From Desulfobacterales bacterium (GTDB lineage: Bacteria; Desulfobacterota; Desulfobacteria; Desulfobacterales; UBA2174): a DNA stretch of 64,000 nt. The stretch covers positions 64,001 through 128,000 of the forward strand of contig CAXXWC010000001.1 in the NCBI GenBank assembly GCA_963668645.2, read 5' to 3'. Both the position numbers and the translations under genes were made by a program. Each line of letters starts with the position of its first letter. The first letter of the stretch is position 1. Positions 1 through 10,859 of the stretch are shown here, in pieces. The notes under the pieces were generated by a model that had not been told where the DNA came from, searched no databases, and saw only the letters and a program-made list of their open reading frames with translations.

Positions 1-1599
1 CGGGGGATTCTTTATGTAGACGAGGTCAACCTGCTCGATGATCACATCGTCGACGTGATCCTGGATGCGGCCGCCGCCGGCCGCCACCGGGTCGAACGCG
101 AGGGGGTGAGCCTCTGCCATCCGGCCCGTTTCGTGCTCGTGGGCACGATGAACCCGGAGGAAGGCTCGCTACGGCCCCAGCTTCTCGACCGCTTCGGGCT
201 TTGCGTGGATACCGGGGCCGAGCGCGAGCCGGCCCGGAGGGTTCGCCTGCTGCGCCGCCGCGAGGCCTTTGACGCCGACCCGGCGGCCTTTTGCCAGCTT
301 TACCGGCGGGCCGATGCGGCCGTGGCGGTGCGCATTGCGGCCGCCCGCCGCCGACTGGCAAAGGTGGCCATGCCAGGACGCATGCGGGCATTGGTCTGCC
401 AGATCTGCACAGGGGCCAATGCCGCCGGCCATCGCGCCGAGCTGGTGATGGAATCTGCCGCCCGGGCACTGGCGTCCCTGGAAGACGCCCCCGAGGTGAC
501 CGCCCATCATATCCGGCGCGTCTCGCCCCTGGTGTTGAGCCACCGCCGACGGGAACCGGCCCCGCCGCCCCCGCCGCCAGCCGAAAATCATCACCAGGAC
601 CCGCCCCCGGAGCAAAAGCCCCCCGCCCCCCCCGAGGACGGCGCCCAACCGCAGGACACACCGCCCGAAGGCAGAGACCATGGGCCGGACCCTGCCCAGC
701 CTTCGCAAGACGGCCAGGCCCCTCCCGAGGCCGGTGAGGGCGACGTCGCCGACCGGGTCTTTGCCGTGGGTGAAACCTTCCGCGTGCGGCGCATCGAGAC
801 GGTGCGCGACCGCCAGCTTCGCCGCGGCTCGGGCCGGCGTTCGCGCACCCGCACCGCCGGGCGCCAGGGCCGCTACGTCATGAGCACGGCCCGGCGACGG
901 TGCAACGACATCGCCCTGGACGCCACGCTGCGGGCCGCGGCCCCCTTCCAGCGCCAGCGGCCCCGGTCTGCCGGCGGCCCTTGCGTGTCCATCCGCACCG
1001 GCGACATCCGCGAGAAGATCCGCGAGCGGCGCACGGGCAACTTCATGCTCTTTGTGGTCGACGCCAGCGGATCCATGGGGGCCCGCGGGCGCATGGCCGC
1101 CTCCAAGGGAGCGATCCTTTCGTTGCTGCTCGATGCTTACCAGAAGCGGGACCGGGTGGCGATGGTGGCTTTTCGCCGCACCGGCGCCCAGGTGGTGCTG
1201 CCGCCCACCGCCTCGGTGGAAACAGCCGGCAAGCTGCTTTCTGAGATGGCCGTGGGCGGGCGCACCCCTTTGTCGTCCGGGCTGTTCAAGGCCGAAGAGA
1301 TGCTACGCGCCCAGCACCGGCGCGACCCGGCGTCCCGGCCGATCCTGGTGGTAATCACCGACGGGCGCGCCAACCTGGCCCAGACCGAGGCCAAGCCCCT
1401 GGACGAGGCCCTGGCCGCCGCCGCACGGCTGGCCGCGCTGCAGTCTGCCAGCCGTATCGTGGTCGACACCGAACCCAAGGGTCTGGTCGCCTTCGGCCTG
1501 GCGCGGCGCCTGGCAGTGGCCATGGAGGCCCGTTATTTTAAAATCGAAGATTTGAGGGCCGATCATCTGACGGCCATCGTGCAAAGGACCCGTGCATGA
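1..1599 (+). CDS. Class I chelatase D subunit (ChlD/BchD-like; AAA+, Pro-rich linker, vWA), 5'-truncated by the window edge
   Basis: Frame is open from base 1 ([15 protein letters not shown]). It has the [17 protein letters not shown] motif, a poly-Pro/acidic linker and the vWA MIDAS motifs DASGSM and ITDGRAN. Confidence 0.92.
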   Translation, partial: RGILYVDEVNLLDDHIVDVILDAAAAGRHRVEREGVSLCHPARFVLVGTMNPEEGSLRPQLLDRFGLCVDTGAEREPARRVRLLRRREAFDADPAAFCQLYRRADAAVAVRIAAARRRLAKVAMPGRMRALVCQICTGANAAGHRAELVMESAARALASLEDAPEVTAHHIRRVSPLVLSHRRREPAPPPPPPAENHHQDPPPEQKPPAPPEDGAQPQDTPPEGRDHGPDPAQPSQDGQAPPEAGEGDVADRVFAVGETFRVRRIETVRDRQLRRGSGRRSRTRTAGRQGRYVMSTARRRCNDIALDATLRAAAPFQRQRPRSAGGPCVSIRTGDIREKIRERRTGNFMLFVVDASGSMGARGRMAASKGAILSLLLDAYQKRDRVAMVAFRRTGAQVVLPPTASVETAGKLLSEMAVGGRTPLSSGLFKAEEMLRAQHRRDPASRPILVVITDGRANLAQTEAKPLDEALAAAARLAALQSASRIVVDTEPKGLVAFGLARRLAVAMEARYFKIEDLRADHLTAIVQRTRA

Positions 1600-2648
1600 C
1601 CGCTTCGCCCAACTATCCGTTTGTCGCCATCGTCGGCCAGCAGAGACTCAAGCTGGCCCTGATCCTCAACACGATCAACCCGACTCTTTCCGGGGTGCTG
1701 ATCCGTGGCGAGAAGGGTACGGCCAAGTCCACTGCCGTGCGCGCCCTGGCCGACATCCTGCCGGCCATCCGCGTCTTTGACGACGACCCGTTCAATCTTT
1801 CCCCGGAGACCGAGGCGGATCAATACAGCCGCATCCAGGAAGCCTGCGGCCGCACGCCCGGTGACAGTCTGCCGCCGGTGCGCGACCGCAAGGTGCCGGT
1901 GGTGGAACTGCCCGTGGGAGCCACCGAGGACCGCGTGGTGGGCACCCTCGACCTGGAGCAGGCCCTGGTCAAGGGGCAAAAACGGGTCGAGCCGGGGCTG
2001 CTGGCCGCGGCCCACCGGGGGATCCTCTACGTCGACGAGGTCAATCTGCTCGACGATCACGTGGTGGATGTGCTGCTCGACTCGGCGGCCATGGGCACCA
2101 ACACCATCGAACGGGAGGGGATCTCCTTTTCCCACCCGGCCCGTTTCACTCTGGTGGGCACGATGAACCCGGAAGAAGGCGAACTGCGGCCGCAGCTCCT
2201 CGACCGTTTCGGGCTCTGCGTCCAGGTAGAAGCGGTGCGCGAAGCCGAAAGCCGGGTGGCCATCATGGAGCGCCGGGCTGCCTATGAGGCCGATCCGGCG
2301 GCCTTCTGCGCCCGCTGGCAGAACGAGTCGTTGGCCCTGGCGCAGCGCATCGAGGATGCCATGGCCCGCTGTCCCGGGGTGACCGTGGATCGAGCCATGC
2401 TCTTCGAAATCGCCAACTACTGCCTCGACGTGGGCGTTGACGGCCACCGCGGCGATATCGTGATGCTCAAAGCCGCCAAGACCCTGGCAGCCTTCGAAGG
2501 CCGCGACACGGTCACAGCCGAGGACATCGCCACGGCCGCCGAACTGGCTCTTCCCCACCGCGTGCGGCGCCAGCCGATGCAGGAGATCGGCAGCGACGTG
2601 GCCCGGCTGCGCCAGGCGGCCAGCCGCCCGGCGGTGGGTGGACCGTGA
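1596..2648 (+). CDS. Class I chelatase I subunit (ChlI/BchI-like AAA+ ATPase)
   Basis: YPFVAIVGQ, Walker [20 protein letters not shown], Walker B LYVDE; ATGA overlap with the upstream gene. Confidence 0.93.
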   Translation: MTASPNYPFVAIVGQQRLKLALILNTINPTLSGVLIRGEKGTAKSTAVRALADILPAIRVFDDDPFNLSPETEADQYSRIQEACGRTPGDSLPPVRDRKVPVVELPVGATEDRVVGTLDLEQALVKGQKRVEPGLLAAAHRGILYVDEVNLLDDHVVDVLLDSAAMGTNTIEREGISFSHPARFTLVGTMNPEEGELRPQLLDRFGLCVQVEAVREAESRVAIMERRAAYEADPAAFCARWQNESLALAQRIEDAMARCPGVTVDRAMLFEIANYCLDVGVDGHRGDIVMLKAAKTLAAFEGRDTVTAEDIATAAELALPHRVRRQPMQEIGSDVARLRQAASRPAVGGP

Positions 2649-3499
2649 TCCGCATCCAGGGGCTTACCAAGCGCTACGGCAGCGTAGCGGCCCTGAAGGG
2701 GATCGATCTTTCCATCGCGGCCGGCGAAATCTTCGCCTATCTCGGCCCCAACGGGGCCGGCAAGACCACCACGATTCGCATCCTGGCCGGCCTGACCCGG
2801 CCCGGTGGGGGCCGCTGCACGGTCAACGGCTGCGACGTGGTGCGCCAGAGCCTCGAGGCCCGGCGCGCCGTCGGTCTGGTGCCCCAGGCCATCAACCTCG
2901 ACCGCGAGCTTGCGGTGGCCGAAAACCTCGAGGTCCACGGCCGTCTCTTTGCCATGCCGGCGGCTGCGCGGCGCCGGCGCATCGCCGAGCTGCTGGACTA
3001 CGTGGGGCTGGCCCAACGGCCCCACGCACTGGTCAAGACCCTTTCGGGGGGGCTTCAGCGGCGGTTGATGATCGCCCGCGCCCTGCTTCATGAGCCACCG
3101 GTTTTGCTTCTCGACGAGCCGACCGTGGGCCTCGACCCGGAGATCCGGCGCCGCATCTGGGCCCTGGTCAAGAAGATCCAGGCCGGCGGAACCACCGTTT
3201 TGCTCACGACCCATTACATCGAGGAGGCCGAGTTTCTCGCCGACAGGGTGGCCTTTGTCGACGAGGGGAGCATCGTGGCTCTGGACACGCCCCGGGCACT
3301 GATGGCAACCCAGGGGGCCTGGGCCATCGACCGCTTCGATGGCGGCGGACTTGAAACGTCCTGTTTCGCCGATCGCGAGGCGGCCCAGGCGTTCGGAGCG
3401 GCCCAGGCCGACAGCTTCACCGTGCGCCGGGTCAATCTCGAGGACGCCTTTCTGGCCCTGACCGGCAAGAAGGTGGCTCCGCAGCGCGGGGAGCACTGA
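2645..3499 (+). CDS. ABC transporter ATP-binding protein (DrrA/NodI-like)
   Basis: GPNGAGKTT, LSGGLQRR, LLDEPT, TTHY. Confidence 0.93.
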   Translation: MIRIQGLTKRYGSVAALKGIDLSIAAGEIFAYLGPNGAGKTTTIRILAGLTRPGGGRCTVNGCDVVRQSLEARRAVGLVPQAINLDRELAVAENLEVHGRLFAMPAAARRRRIAELLDYVGLAQRPHALVKTLSGGLQRRLMIARALLHEPPVLLLDEPTVGLDPEIRRRIWALVKKIQAGGTTVLLTTHYIEEAEFLADRVAFVDEGSIVALDTPRALMATQGAWAIDRFDGGGLETSCFADREAAQAFGAAQADSFTVRRVNLEDAFLALTGKKVAPQRGEH

Positions 3500-3532
3500 T
3501 GGCCACTTCGCCCGGAAGCGGACAATCAAAGG

Positions 3533-4297
3533 ATGGATCCGTATATGCAGGTTGATCGTTTCATGCACGGCGCGGCGGCCGTCTACTACCGCGAACTGTT
3601 GATCCTGCGGCGGCGCATCACCCGCCTGATCCCATCCTGGTCGGTGGCGCCGACCCTCTACCTGGTTGCCTTCGGCTACGCCGTGGGACGCCACAGCGCC
3701 GTGGACGGACACACTTATCTCGAGTTTCTGGTTCCCGGGTTGGTAGCCATGAGCAGCATGACCCAGAGTTTCGCCGTGGCCAGCGAGATCAACATCGCCC
3801 GCTTTTACTGGCACATCTTCGAAGAGATCCAGGCCGCCCCGATCAGCGCCGCATCCTATGCCGCCGGTGAGGTGGCCGCCGGCATGACCCGGGCACTGGG
3901 CGCCGTTGCGGTGATCCTCGTACTGGGGCTGATCTTCGGTGTCCGCATCTGCTGCGGGCCGTGGTTCTGGACCGCCATCCTGCTCAACGCCCTGGTCTTC
4001 GCGGCCCTGGCCGTGGCCCTGGCCATGCTGGTCAAGAGCCATGCGGACCAGGCGATGATCAACAGCTTCGTGATCACACCGATGGCCTTTCTCGGCGGCA
4101 CGGTCTTTCCGGTGGACCGCCTGCCGGCCTGGGCAGGAAAGCTTGTCGGGCTGCTGCCCCTGACCCACGCGGCCCACGCCATCCGCAGCGCCGCCTTCGG
4201 CCAGGTCCCGGCAGCCGCCGACCTGGCGATCCTGGCTGTCACCGGCGCGGCATGCTTCGTTTTGGCCGTTTCCTGCGTGCGCCGGGCTAAAGATTAG
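3533..4297 (+). CDS. ABC-2 type permease
   Basis: About six hydrophobic segments; YLEFLVPG, FLGGTVFP and LPLTH motifs; start codon uncertain. Confidence 0.88.
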   Translation: MDPYMQVDRFMHGAAAVYYRELLILRRRITRLIPSWSVAPTLYLVAFGYAVGRHSAVDGHTYLEFLVPGLVAMSSMTQSFAVASEINIARFYWHIFEEIQAAPISAASYAAGEVAAGMTRALGAVAVILVLGLIFGVRICCGPWFWTAILLNALVFAALAVALAMLVKSHADQAMINSFVITPMAFLGGTVFPVDRLPAWAGKLVGLLPLTHAAHAIRSAAFGQVPAAADLAILAVTGAACFVLAVSCVRRAKD

Positions 4298-4376
4298 CTA
4301 GGCTGCGACGGTCCGTGTTTGTCCGAAATCTTTCAACCCTAGCGGCCATCGGCCGCCTGAAACGAGGAAGCCTGCA

Positions 4377-7300
4377 ATGCCCCAGCCCGTCGATCCCGTC
4401 TCCATCGTGGCCGTGATGTGGAGTTCCTATGTGCCGACCTTCCTGGCCGCGGCCGAAACCGATCCTTCCCTGACCCTGCGGATCTTTTCACAAAAAGCCC
4501 TGGAGACCGACGTCGACCAGATCGATGCCTTTTGCGACCAGGCCGCCACGGCCCGGGTGATTCTGCTCTACCGGACCAACGACGGGTTCTGGAGCGAGGT
4601 CGACGCACGCCTGGAGACCCTGGTGCGCCCGGACCAGAAGGTGGTGGCCACCTCCTTCGATCCGACCCAGTGGGGCCAGGGACCAGGAGCCAACCCGGCC
4701 GCCGGGGCCCGGGTGCATGCTTACCTGGCGGCCGGCGGGCTGGAAAACACCCGCCGCCTGCTCAGTTATCTCGCCTCCCTGGGAGGAGCGGGCGCGACGG
4801 TCGAAGATCCCGAGCCGCTGCCCTGGCAGGGGCTGCTCCATCCGCCCGACCCCCAGGTCTACCCCAGCGTAGCGGCTTACCGCGATGCCCATCCGGCCCG
4901 AGGGCAGGCCACGGTGGGCCTGCTCTTTTCTCGCCACACCCTTACCAACACCGACGGAGCCCTGGAAGCGGCCCTCATTACGGCCCTGGAGGCCCGGGGC
5001 CTCGACGTGCTGCCGGTCTTTTCCGACGGAGTTCCGGATGCGGCTGCCGGCTCCCTCGGACCGCTGGGGGCCGCGGCCCGCTATTTTTGCGATCCGGACG
5101 GCCGTCCCGTGATCCAGGCCCTGATGAACCTGCATTTTTTCTTCCTCGGACGCCAGCCCGAGGCGGATGTGGCCGAAACCGGAGTGGCGGCCCAGACCGT
5201 GGCCTTTTTCACCAAGCTCGATGTGCCGGTTTTCAAGCCGGTGGTCAGTTACTCAAAAAGCGCGGCCGAGTGGGCCGACGACCCCCAGGGACTGATCGGC
5301 GAGGCCACCTTCGGCATCGCCATGCCCGAGTTCGAAGGCAACATCGAGCCGATCATCATGGCCTGCAGCCGCAAGGTCGAGGACAGCTCCAGCGGCGCGA
5401 CCTACGAGGTGCGCGAACCCATCGCCGAGCGCATCGAACGGATCGCTGCGCGAATCGCCCGCTGGGTTCGTCTGGCGAACAAGCCAACCACCGAGCGCAA
5501 GGTGGTCTTCGTGCTGCACAAGAACGAATGCGCCGGGCTCGAAGCCGGGATCGGCGGGGCCGGGGGGCTCGACAGCGGCCAGAGCATCGTGGCCGTGATG
5601 CGGCGCATGGCCGCGGCCGGCTACCGCGTGGGACCGATTCCCGAATCGGGCGAAGCCCTGCTGCAGACCATCCTGGCGCGCAAGGCCATCGCCGAGTTCC
5701 GCTGGACCACGGTGGACGAAATCATCGCCAAGGGCGGGCACCTGGCCCTTCTCGACACCGAGACTTACAACGGCTGGTACGCCCGGCTGCCCGAAGCGGC
5801 CCGCCGGGCCCAGACGGCCGCCTGGGGCGAACCTCCGGGCCAGGCGATGAACGGAGTGCCGCCGGCCATGGTCTACGAAGGCAAAATCGTGATCACCGGC
5901 CTGGATTTCGGCAACGTGGCCGTGATGATGCAGCCCAAGCGCGGCTGCGCCGGGGCCCGCTGCGACGGCCAGGTCTGCAAGATCCTCCACGACCCGGACG
6001 TCCCCCCGCCCCACCAGTACATCGCCACCTACATGTACATGGACCGGGTCTTCGGCGCCGACGTCATCGTGCATGTGGGCACCCACGGCAACCTCGAGTG
6101 GATGCCGGGCAAGGGGGCCGGGCTGTCGGCGGCCTGCTGGCCGGACATCGCCGTGGGCGATCTGCCGCACCTTTACATCTACAACGCCGACAACCCGGCC
6201 GAGGGCGTGGTGGCCAAACGGCGCAGCTACGCCGTACTCGTCGACCACCTGCAGACCACCATGACCACCGCCGACACTTACGGCGGCTTGCAGGATCTCG
6301 AAGACCTGCTCGGCGAATACCGGCGCTGCGACCAGGACCCGGCCCGGGCCCACCAGCTTGAGCATCTCATCCGCCAGGCAGTGGCTGAAAACAACCTCCA
6401 GAATGCGGTCGACCGCCGGCAGCCGGCGGATTTTTCCGCCCTGGTCACCGCCTGCCACGAGATTCTCTCGGCCCTGCGCAACAGCCAGACCCGCATCGGG
6501 CTGCACGTCTTCGGCGACCGGCCCGAGAAGGAAAAACTCGCCGAGCAGATCAACACCATCCTGCGCTTCGACAGTGCCGCGCCGCTCAACACCCGCCGGG
6601 TGGTTTTCGGGCTGTGGGGCGAGTCCATCGAGCACGCCCTCGAAGCCCCGGCAGACCTGGCTGCCGACGGGCAGACCTGCGGCGAGCGGCTCTATGCCGC
6701 CGACCGGCTCGCCGTGGACCTCATCGGACGGTTGCTCGACGGCCAGAGCCCGGCCACCGTTCTGGCCGAAGTCATGCAAACACCCCCGGCGGCCGCGTCG
6801 ATCGAGCGTTTCGAACATTTCGCCGCCCTGGTCAAAGAGATCGCCGGTCGTTTTTCCCGCTCGGACGAAATCGGGGCCCTGCTCGGGGCTTTTTCCGGGG
6901 GCCACGTGCCGGCCGGCCCCTCGGGTTATCTCTCGCGCGGGCGCTACGATATCCTGCCCACCGGTCGCAATTTTTACAATGTCGATCCTACCCGCATCCC
7001 GACCCGTGCGGCCCACCGGGTGGGGGTGCGCCTGGCCGAAGCACTGCTGGCGCGCTTCATGAAAGAAGAAGGTCGCCATCCCGAGACGGTGGGCATGGTC
7101 TGGATGGCCTCGGACATCATGCGCGCCGACGGCGAGCAGATCGGCCAGATCCTCCATCTTCTCGGGGTACGCCCGCGCTGGCGGGCCAACGGCCAGGTGG
7201 ACGGGTTCGAGATTATCCCGGCCGAAGAACTGGGCCGGCCGCGCATCGATGTGAGCATCCGGGTATCGGGGATTACCCGCGACTGTTTTCCCGACCAGGT

Positions 7301-8318
7301 GCGCTACGTGGACCAGGTGGTCCAGGCCGTGGCGATGCTCGACGAGCCGGCCGAGGTCAATCTTCTGCGCGCCCATCTGCTCGAACAGGCTGCTGCGGAA
7401 AACGCGGGTCCCGAGGAAACCGATGTTTTCCGGCGGCTGAGCTACCGCATCTTCTGCGCCCAGCCCGGGGTCTACAAGGCCGGGGTCAACCTCGCCGTGG
7501 CCGCCTCGGCCTGGAAGACGGACCAGGACCTGGCCGATGTCTATCTTTTCTGGAACGGCTTTGCCTATGGCGGCGGCGCGGACGAGGCCAGCTACGGGGC
7601 ACCGGCTCATTCGGAACTAATGGCCAACCTGGCACGCATCGAGGTGACCTTCGACAAACACATCTCCGACGAGGGAGACTTTCTCAACTGCTGCGGCTAC
7701 TACGGCAGCTATGGTGGAATGACCGCCGCGGCCCGGGTCGCGGCCGGCGGCCGCCAGCCCAAGACCTACTACGGCGACACCCGCGATCCGGCCAACGTGG
7801 CGGTGACCGATTTCGCCGAGGAACTTGAGCGCGTGGTGCGCGCCAAGCTGCTCCACCCCAAGTACATCGAGGGGCTCAAGGCCCACGGCTACAAGGGGGC
7901 CGGCGACCTGAACAAACGCATCGGCCGGGTTTACGGGTACGGGGCCACCACCGGCGAGGTCGAAGACTGGGTTTTCGACGAAATCGCCGACACCTTCGTG
8001 CTCGACGCCGAGATGCGCCGCTGGTTCGAGCAGGTCAACCCCTGGGCCCTGGAGGAGATCGGCCGGCGGTTGCTCGAGGCTGAGGGCCGAGGCATCTGGA
8101 AAGCCGACCCCGAGCGGCTCGAACAACTGCGCGAGGCCTACCTGGAGGCCGAAGCCCGCCTGGAAGAAACCGTCGACGATGTCACCGGTGACTTTCAGGG
8201 CGGAGCCGTGGACGTGCTGACCGCCGACGATGTGGCTGCCTGGAAGGAGGCCATGGCTCCGCTGCGCCAAGTGAAGGCAATGCCAGGAAAAAATGAAAGG
8301 AATGAAACCACCGGATAA
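4377..8318 (+). CDS. cobN: CobN/ChlH-family large chelatase subunit
   Basis: 1313 aa; MPEFEG, QPKRGC, HVGTHGNLEW, LPTGRNFY and RPRIDV motifs. Confidence 0.9.
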   Translation: MPQPVDPVSIVAVMWSSYVPTFLAAAETDPSLTLRIFSQKALETDVDQIDAFCDQAATARVILLYRTNDGFWSEVDARLETLVRPDQKVVATSFDPTQWGQGPGANPAAGARVHAYLAAGGLENTRRLLSYLASLGGAGATVEDPEPLPWQGLLHPPDPQVYPSVAAYRDAHPARGQATVGLLFSRHTLTNTDGALEAALITALEARGLDVLPVFSDGVPDAAAGSLGPLGAAARYFCDPDGRPVIQALMNLHFFFLGRQPEADVAETGVAAQTVAFFTKLDVPVFKPVVSYSKSAAEWADDPQGLIGEATFGIAMPEFEGNIEPIIMACSRKVEDSSSGATYEVREPIAERIERIAARIARWVRLANKPTTERKVVFVLHKNECAGLEAGIGGAGGLDSGQSIVAVMRRMAAAGYRVGPIPESGEALLQTILARKAIAEFRWTTVDEIIAKGGHLALLDTETYNGWYARLPEAARRAQTAAWGEPPGQAMNGVPPAMVYEGKIVITGLDFGNVAVMMQPKRGCAGARCDGQVCKILHDPDVPPPHQYIATYMYMDRVFGADVIVHVGTHGNLEWMPGKGAGLSAACWPDIAVGDLPHLYIYNADNPAEGVVAKRRSYAVLVDHLQTTMTTADTYGGLQDLEDLLGEYRRCDQDPARAHQLEHLIRQAVAENNLQNAVDRRQPADFSALVTACHEILSALRNSQTRIGLHVFGDRPEKEKLAEQINTILRFDSAAPLNTRRVVFGLWGESIEHALEAPADLAADGQTCGERLYAADRLAVDLIGRLLDGQSPATVLAEVMQTPPAAASIERFEHFAALVKEIAGRFSRSDEIGALLGAFSGGHVPAGPSGYLSRGRYDILPTGRNFYNVDPTRIPTRAAHRVGVRLAEALLARFMKEEGRHPETVGMVWMASDIMRADGEQIGQILHLLGVRPRWRANGQVDGFEIIPAEELGRPRIDVSIRVSGITRDCFPDQVRYVDQVVQAVAMLDEPAEVNLLRAHLLEQAAAENAGPEETDVFRRLSYRIFCAQPGVYKAGVNLAVAASAWKTDQDLADVYLFWNGFAYGGGADEASYGAPAHSELMANLARIEVTFDKHISDEGDFLNCCGYYGSYGGMTAAARVAAGGRQPKTYYGDTRDPANVAVTDFAEELERVVRAKLLHPKYIEGLKAHGYKGAGDLNKRIGRVYGYGATTGEVEDWVFDEIADTFVLDAEMRRWFEQVNPWALEEIGRRLLEAEGRGIWKADPERLEQLREAYLEAEARLEETVDDVTGDFQGGAVDVLTADDVAAWKEAMAPLRQVKAMPGKNERNETTG

Positions 8319-8381
8319 ACCCGCCCGCCATAAAACAGCATGCATTCCGGACGGCCTGGCGAGGCGGGTCAAAAAAAATTA

Positions 8382-8525
8382 TTGACACCCAATTGAGTTT
8401 TGGATATCTAACTTTTTCCGATTCGGCCCACCGTTCTACCAAAGGTTCGGGGACCCAAATTTTGCTGATAAGTGCTGTTGTGGCACTTTTTTTAAAACCC
8501 TATGAGTTAGATATATTTAACACAT
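8382..8525 (+). promoter_or_regulatory. Candidate sigma70 promoter with imperfect palindromic operator-like boxes
   Basis: TTGACA (8382-8387), 17 nt, TATCTA (8405-8410); near-palindrome TGAGTTAGATATATTTAACACA at about 8503-8524 in an AT-rich gap. Confidence 0.4.
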
Positions 8526-8582
8526 AAAGAATTAGCTATCCATGCTATACCCATCAATGACCGATGACGAGAGGAAAACGCC

Positions 8583-8930
8583 ATGAGCGCAAGCTTCAGA
8601 TTGAAAACCGAGCACAACGGCAATGAGTTGAACGTCCTTCTATCGGGCGATTTCGACGGCGATTCGGCCTGGGAGCTGGCCAATCTGCTCATGCTGAAAA
8701 ATCCCGCGGCCGCCGTGGTGTGCGTCAACACGCTCCAGGTGCGTACGGTAGCCCCCTTCGGGGCCGCCCTGTTGAAAAACCTGCTTTCGCTACGCATCAT
8801 CCGCAGCGGCCGGATCTTTTTCGACGGTATGGCCGCTGCCCGCGCCGTGGAGGGAGAACACCGGCTTTTCGCCGACAACGCAGTCCAGGCAACGGGTGCC
8901 GGCTGCCACAGCCACGCTTCAATCCGATGA
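8583..8930 (+). CDS. Small STAS-like hypothetical protein
   Basis: LNVLLSGDFDGDSAWEL resembles an STAS/anti-sigma antagonist N-terminus; RBS GAGGA upstream. Confidence 0.55.
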   Translation: MSASFRLKTEHNGNELNVLLSGDFDGDSAWELANLLMLKNPAAAVVCVNTLQVRTVAPFGAALLKNLLSLRIIRSGRIFFDGMAAARAVEGEHRLFADNAVQATGAGCHSHASIR

Positions 8931-8942
8931 TTTTTGTGCGAT

Positions 8943-9311
8943 ATGGATCCCACCGATAACAGACTGAAATTGGCAAGACGGCATCGGTTCGGCCGCCTCG
9001 GGCGCAACCGGCCTTGCGGAAACGAAATTGACTGCGATCTGCTGGCGGCCCTGAATGAAAGTGCCGGCCGGTTGTGCATGGAGATCGAACGGCATCGTGC
9101 CCTGGTGAACGAGGCCCTCCAGGACGATCTTGATCCGGACCGGCTGCAGGCCGTAACGGCCGGGTGCCCGCGAAGAACCCGGGAAGAGAAGCTCAAAACC
9201 GCTATCCAGCAAGCCATTGAGGTAATCGAGGCCAGCCGCAGGGCGTTCAAGTCAAAACAGCTCGAGGCGCTGCGCAAGCATCTGACCCAGGTGCTCATCG
9301 ACGCCCGATGA
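8943..9311 (+). CDS. Hypothetical helical protein
   Basis: Co-oriented ORF directly after the STAS-like gene; amphipathic C-terminus (SRRAFKSKQLEALRKHL). Confidence 0.55.
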   Translation: MDPTDNRLKLARRHRFGRLGRNRPCGNEIDCDLLAALNESAGRLCMEIERHRALVNEALQDDLDPDRLQAVTAGCPRRTREEKLKTAIQQAIEVIEASRRAFKSKQLEALRKHLTQVLIDAR

Positions 9312-9481
9312 AATCCGATTCCGAGTAAGGGTACGGTTTCACCGGTCGGCGACAAGGCACAGGAAAGCGAATCGCCAGCCTGTCGCGCGGGGCCCTGGTC
9401 CCAGCCGTTTAGCCTGGCTGCACGGCCCGGAAACAATTTTTTACGGTCTTACGGTTTTCGCGGCTTCGGCCGGCGGGAAAA

Positions 9482-10462
9482 GTGAAGGTGGTAGCCCGTT
9501 TTGCGGATGAAACGCGGGCGCCACCTTTCTTTTTGGGGGAGATAACGGCGATGGGTAACAATGCCTTGGCCGAAAGGCAGGTGGATGGAGACGATGGTGT
9601 TTTGCGTTGGAGCGACGGCGGCGTTGCCTTGTGGACGCTGGATTCGGTCAGCCTGGCGGACCGGCGGCGGCGCGAGATATTCCCAGCCGGAACCGCCCGT
9701 CTGGTCTTCTGCCTGGAAGGCGCGTTCACGCTCTCCATGCTAAGCCCCGATGCGCCGCCTGACTGCCTTCTTTCCACTGATCGAGGGGTGCTGCTTTACT
9801 ATCCGGCAGTTTGTTGCGGGTACGCGGTCGTCAATGACGGCCCGGCCCGGGGCCTTTCCATCTGCCTCGCCGGCCGGCACCTGCCGGCCCTGCTGGGGGA
9901 CGGGGGCTTGGAATGCGATCTTAAGACAGCCATCCGCGCCGGCCGGCCCCTGTCCCTGCGCCGGTCTTTGGACCGCTCGACACACCACTGCCTCCATCAG
10001 GCGGTGGATATTCTCGATTCCGGCACCGGTGGCAATCTGTTCCTCTTGTCGCGGCTGGCAGAACTTGCCTGGCAGTTCTCAGGACGCTCGCAAGCTCTGA
10101 AAGCCGCCGGCATCTGCGGCAGGGACCGCAGGGCAGTTGAAAAGGCCTGTGCGCTGTTGGCCGCCGACCTGGCCGAGCCGCCGCCTCTCAGGCACCTGGC
10201 CGCCGAGGTGGGTGTCAGCGTCTCCAAACTCAAGGTCCTCTTTCACCGGGTCTGCGGGGTGCCGCCGTTCGGCTACCTGCGCCGGATACGACTGGAAAAG
10301 GCGCGCGAGCTGCTGGTCTACAGCCGCATGAACGTCACCGACGTCTCCCTGGAAGTCGGCTACACCAGCCTGAGCCATTTTTCAAAGGCGTTTGCCGGAC
10401 ATTACGGAGTGAGCCCCTCACAGATGCGCCGTGACCGATCGGCCGCCATTTCCAATGCATGA
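9482..10462 (+). CDS. AraC-family transcriptional regulator (PchR/YbtA-like layout)
   Basis: C-terminal double HTH: LAAEVGVSVSKLKVLF and VSLEVGYTSLSHFSKAF..YGVSPS; true start may be 9551. Confidence 0.9.
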   Translation: MKVVARFADETRAPPFFLGEITAMGNNALAERQVDGDDGVLRWSDGGVALWTLDSVSLADRRRREIFPAGTARLVFCLEGAFTLSMLSPDAPPDCLLSTDRGVLLYYPAVCCGYAVVNDGPARGLSICLAGRHLPALLGDGGLECDLKTAIRAGRPLSLRRSLDRSTHHCLHQAVDILDSGTGGNLFLLSRLAELAWQFSGRSQALKAAGICGRDRRAVEKACALLAADLAEPPPLRHLAAEVGVSVSKLKVLFHRVCGVPPFGYLRRIRLEKARELLVYSRMNVTDVSLEVGYTSLSHFSKAFAGHYGVSPSQMRRDRSAAISNA

Positions 10463-10493
10463 CGCAGATCCGCCTGTCACGGGCAAGGTCGAA

Positions 10494-10566
10494 TATTGGC
10501 TTTCCGGGCTAATTTTTTGGCCTCTGCCGTTAGACAATTAAAACATTTGTAGGTATTTCATACTTT
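10494..10566 (+). promoter_or_regulatory. Candidate AraC-type direct-repeat site and promoter for the binding protein/filament operon
   Basis: TTGGC at 10496 and 10517 (21-bp spacing), then TAGACA (10531) and an AT-rich stretch. Confidence 0.4.
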
Positions 10567-10619
10567 CTCGGGTGCCTCCAGGTTGAGAATTGAGATCAGT
10601 CTTCTGCCAAGATCTAATT

Positions 10620-10859
10620 ATGCGAAGGAACCATCAATTGACAAAAAACAGCGCCATATACCCAACCAGCCTGAGCGCCGAACATAGACCGATCCTGGAG
10701 AAGATTGAGGACCTTTATCGCGAGCTGTTCGTGCACGATGGCTTTGGCGAGCTGAGGGTAACCCTGCGATTTTTGAAAAAAGGCCAGAAAGAAGTGGTGA
10801 TTGCCTGCGGCAAGGAATTTCGCTTCGTGGTCGACTATCCCGGTTATGCGGCGCGCTGA
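10620..10859 (+). CDS. Small hypothetical protein (79 aa)
   Basis: Protein-like ORF (LFVHDGFGELRVTLRFLKKGQKEVVIACGKEFRFVVD) first after the promoter. Confidence 0.65.
   Translation: MRRNHQLTKNSAIYPTSLSAEHRPILEKIEDLYRELFVHDGFGELRVTLRFLKKGQKEVVIACGKEFRFVVDYPGYAAR

Noticed and set aside
2417..7610. Long antisense and alternate-frame ORFs (586, 647 and 785 aa) and similar ones elsewhere
   Set aside because: They are shadows of high-GC3 genes with clear motifs in another frame.
1..8318. Photosynthetic Mg-chelatase or a cobalamin biosynthesis operon
   Set aside because: No bch/chl or other cob/cbi genes are adjacent; the substrate cannot be assigned from sequence alone.
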